DNA of 64,000 nucleotides from an uncultured Thermoleophilia bacterium (GTDB lineage Bacteria; Actinomycetota; Thermoleophilia; Gaiellales; Gaiellaceae): NCBI GenBank assembly GCA_963820875.1, contig CAWGBR010000014.1, positions 164,255 to 228,254 of the forward strand, read 5' to 3'. Shown piece by piece: positions 59,832 to 64,000 of this stretch (position 1 is its first letter; each line of letters starts with the position of its first letter). The notes under the pieces were generated by a model. It saw only the letters and a program-made list of their open reading frames with translations, ran no database searches and was not told where the DNA came from. The position numbers and the translations under genes were made by a program.

Positions 59832-60515
59832 CTACGCGCTCACGACGAAGCCGAGCAGAGCTATCGCGAGCAGCGCCATCCCGGTCAGGAGCAGCGCTCC
59901 GAGCGAGCGCACCGTCGTCCAGCCGTGCAGCTCCCGGACTCCGACGACGAGGAGGACGAGCGACCAGACGAGAAAGACGAGCGAGACGGTAGTGAAGGCC
60001 CAGTAGCCTGCGCCCTCGTCCGAGCCACCCGAGCGGAAGGCATCGCTGCCGAAGATCGCCGCCTGGAGCGGCCAGACGACGACGAGCGACAGCGCGAGCG
60101 GCACGAGCGCGTACGCGAGCACGTGCCTCGCCTGCCGGTACGTTCCCTCGCCCTTGGCCCCGCGGACGCCGAGATGCAGCGCGAGGCCGCCGAGCCAGTA
60201 GCCCGCGATGCCGTAGATGGCACCGCCGAGGAACGCGAGCACCGGCACCAGCGCGGCGTCGACGCCGGGCTCGTCGAGGAACTCGCGCGAGGTGGCCGAG
60301 AACGAGAGCACCGACGCGATGCCGGCGAGCAGCAGGATGGCCAGCGACGGCTCCGAGCGCGCCTCGGCCGCCGGGCGCGAGTCGTCGCGCATCGCGCGGA
60401 ACACCGGCTTCGGGTCGCGGAGCACGAGCACGACGTTGCGCCACCACTCCCGCTGCAGGCGATCGGCTTCGGCGCGGTCTTGCTCCTCGCGGGCGGCTTT
60501 GGCGGGCACGCTCAC
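59832..60515 (-). CDS. Yip1-like multi-span membrane protein (tentative)
   Basis: GTG 60515; 227 aa. A soluble N-terminus is followed by five hydrophobic spans. It forms the tail of track ORF 59832..61790, whose upstream part is uvrA shadow. Confidence 0.65.
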   Translation of the reverse strand: MSVPAKAAREEQDRAEADRLQREWWRNVVLVLRDPKPVFRAMRDDSRPAAEARSEPSLAILLLAGIASVLSFSATSREFLDEPGVDAALVPVLAFLGGAIYGIAGYWLGGLALHLGVRGAKGEGTYRQARHVLAYALVPLALSLVVVWPLQAAIFGSDAFRSGGSDEGAGYWAFTTVSLVFLVWSLVLLVVGVRELHGWTTVRSLGALLLTGMALLAIALLGFVVSA

Positions 60516-60571
60516 ACTGCCAGTGTAGGAGTCGGCGCCTGCCGGGCGGCCGGCGACCCGAGCGGCGCGGC

Positions 60572-63417
<2,846 letters not shown>

Positions 63418-63507
63418 GGAGTCCAGTCTACCGACGGCGCCGGATGGAACGTATGTTCGTACTCGATCGCTGCGCGGTAGCCGCCTGCAGACGCGCACAA
63501 TACGACC

Positions 63508-63805
63508 ATGAGCCAGGTCATCGAGGCGCCCGTCGAGGTTCGGCAGCCCGGAGGGCGACGAGGACGTCCGCCACGACCGGCCGTGGCTCGTCATCGTCTG
63601 GAACGACCCGATCAACCTGATGACCTACGTCACCTTCGTCTTTCGCAAGCTGTTCGGGTACTCGGAGCCGAAGGCGACGAAGCTGATGCTGCAGGTGCAC
63701 AACGAGGGCAAGGCGATCGTGTCGAGCGGACCCCGCGAGAGGGCCGAGTACGACGTGTCGCGCCTCCACGCGCACGGCCTCTGGGCGACGCTGCGGCAGG
63801 ATTAG
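63508..63805 (+). pseudogene. clpS: ATP-dependent Clp protease adaptor ClpS, one frame interruption
   Basis: [14 protein letters not shown] is in the ORF 63508.. frame. [55 protein letters not shown] is in the ORF 63620..63805 frame. The switch is near 63550. Confidence 0.85.
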
Positions 63806-63874
63806 GTGGTCGCTCCGGCAAGTACAGACACCGTCTGCCCGGCTGCAAATCGTCGCATCCCGGCGTCCTCGGTC

Positions 63875-63901
63875 GCGCCAATACTTGTCCAGTATTGGCG
63901 C
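63875..63901. other. perfect 11-bp inverted repeat (hairpin or operator candidate) downstream of clpS
   Basis: GCGCCAATACT-TGTCC-AGTATTGGCGC, 70 nt after the clpS stop. The centre is AT-rich, unlike the surrounding sequence. Confidence 0.6.
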
Positions 63902-63968
63902 TCCCTGCGTCCTTGGCCTGCTCGATTTTCGCCGGCCATACGGCGCCGTACTCACCGGAGAGACCACC

Positions 63969-64000
63969 GTGATCGTGCGCAGACGCATCGAGCGGCGCGG
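63969..64000 (+). CDS. possible start of next gene (partial; function unknown)
   Basis: GTG 63969 follows GGAGAG and reads VIVRRRIERR... to the window edge. This is too short to judge. Confidence 0.2.
   Translation, partial: MIVRRRIERR

Overview
Very GC-rich, Actinobacteria-style chromosomal segment. Third codon positions are almost all G/C. Typical actinobacterial gene sets are present: Rex, ClpS, DUF2520-panC-panB, tsaE-tsaB-rimI-tsaD, an ECF sigma/anti-sigma pair, and many 4-nt start/stop overlaps. I call about 68 protein-coding loci, one tRNA-Val(GAC), one cobalamin riboswitch, two families of intergenic repeats, and a few hairpins and promoter-like sites. I see no rRNA, CRISPR array, IS transposase or integrase. 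Most content is housekeeping or metabolic: ABC exporter, SDRs, PcrA, UvrA, H+-PPase, MTAP, pantothenate genes, t6A genes, an S8 peptidase and a c-di-GMP enzyme. Four things stand out. (1) A low-GC3 islet on the 3' side of tRNA-Val carries a TPR-CHAT caspase-like protease translationally coupled to a 248-aa protein I cannot assign. This is my best candidate for an undescribed conflict/defence module. (2) A B12-riboswitch-controlled ECF transporter operon includes two DUF4430 genes and a prenyltransferase-like toroid gene, possibly a split transcobalamin-like capture system. (3) A two-copy MITE-like element has 55-bp perfect inverted arms that bracket a 6.1-kb block and supply TAG stops to neighbouring genes. 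(4) There are REP-like GGGCCGGATGAGATCCGGCCC hairpins. One caveat dominates the annotation: about 40 loci, including normally essential genes, are readable only by switching frame, most likely because of assembly indels. Most of these are typed 'pseudogene', meaning the frame is interrupted in the sequence as given; loci that still keep a single dominant or uninterrupted ORF (e.g. pcrA, the GGDEF-EAL gene, tsaD, tsaE, the FmdB and glutaredoxin-like genes) stay typed CDS with the frame problem noted in their evidence. All family calls come from motif recognition by eye. Frame-switch positions and some start codons are approximate.
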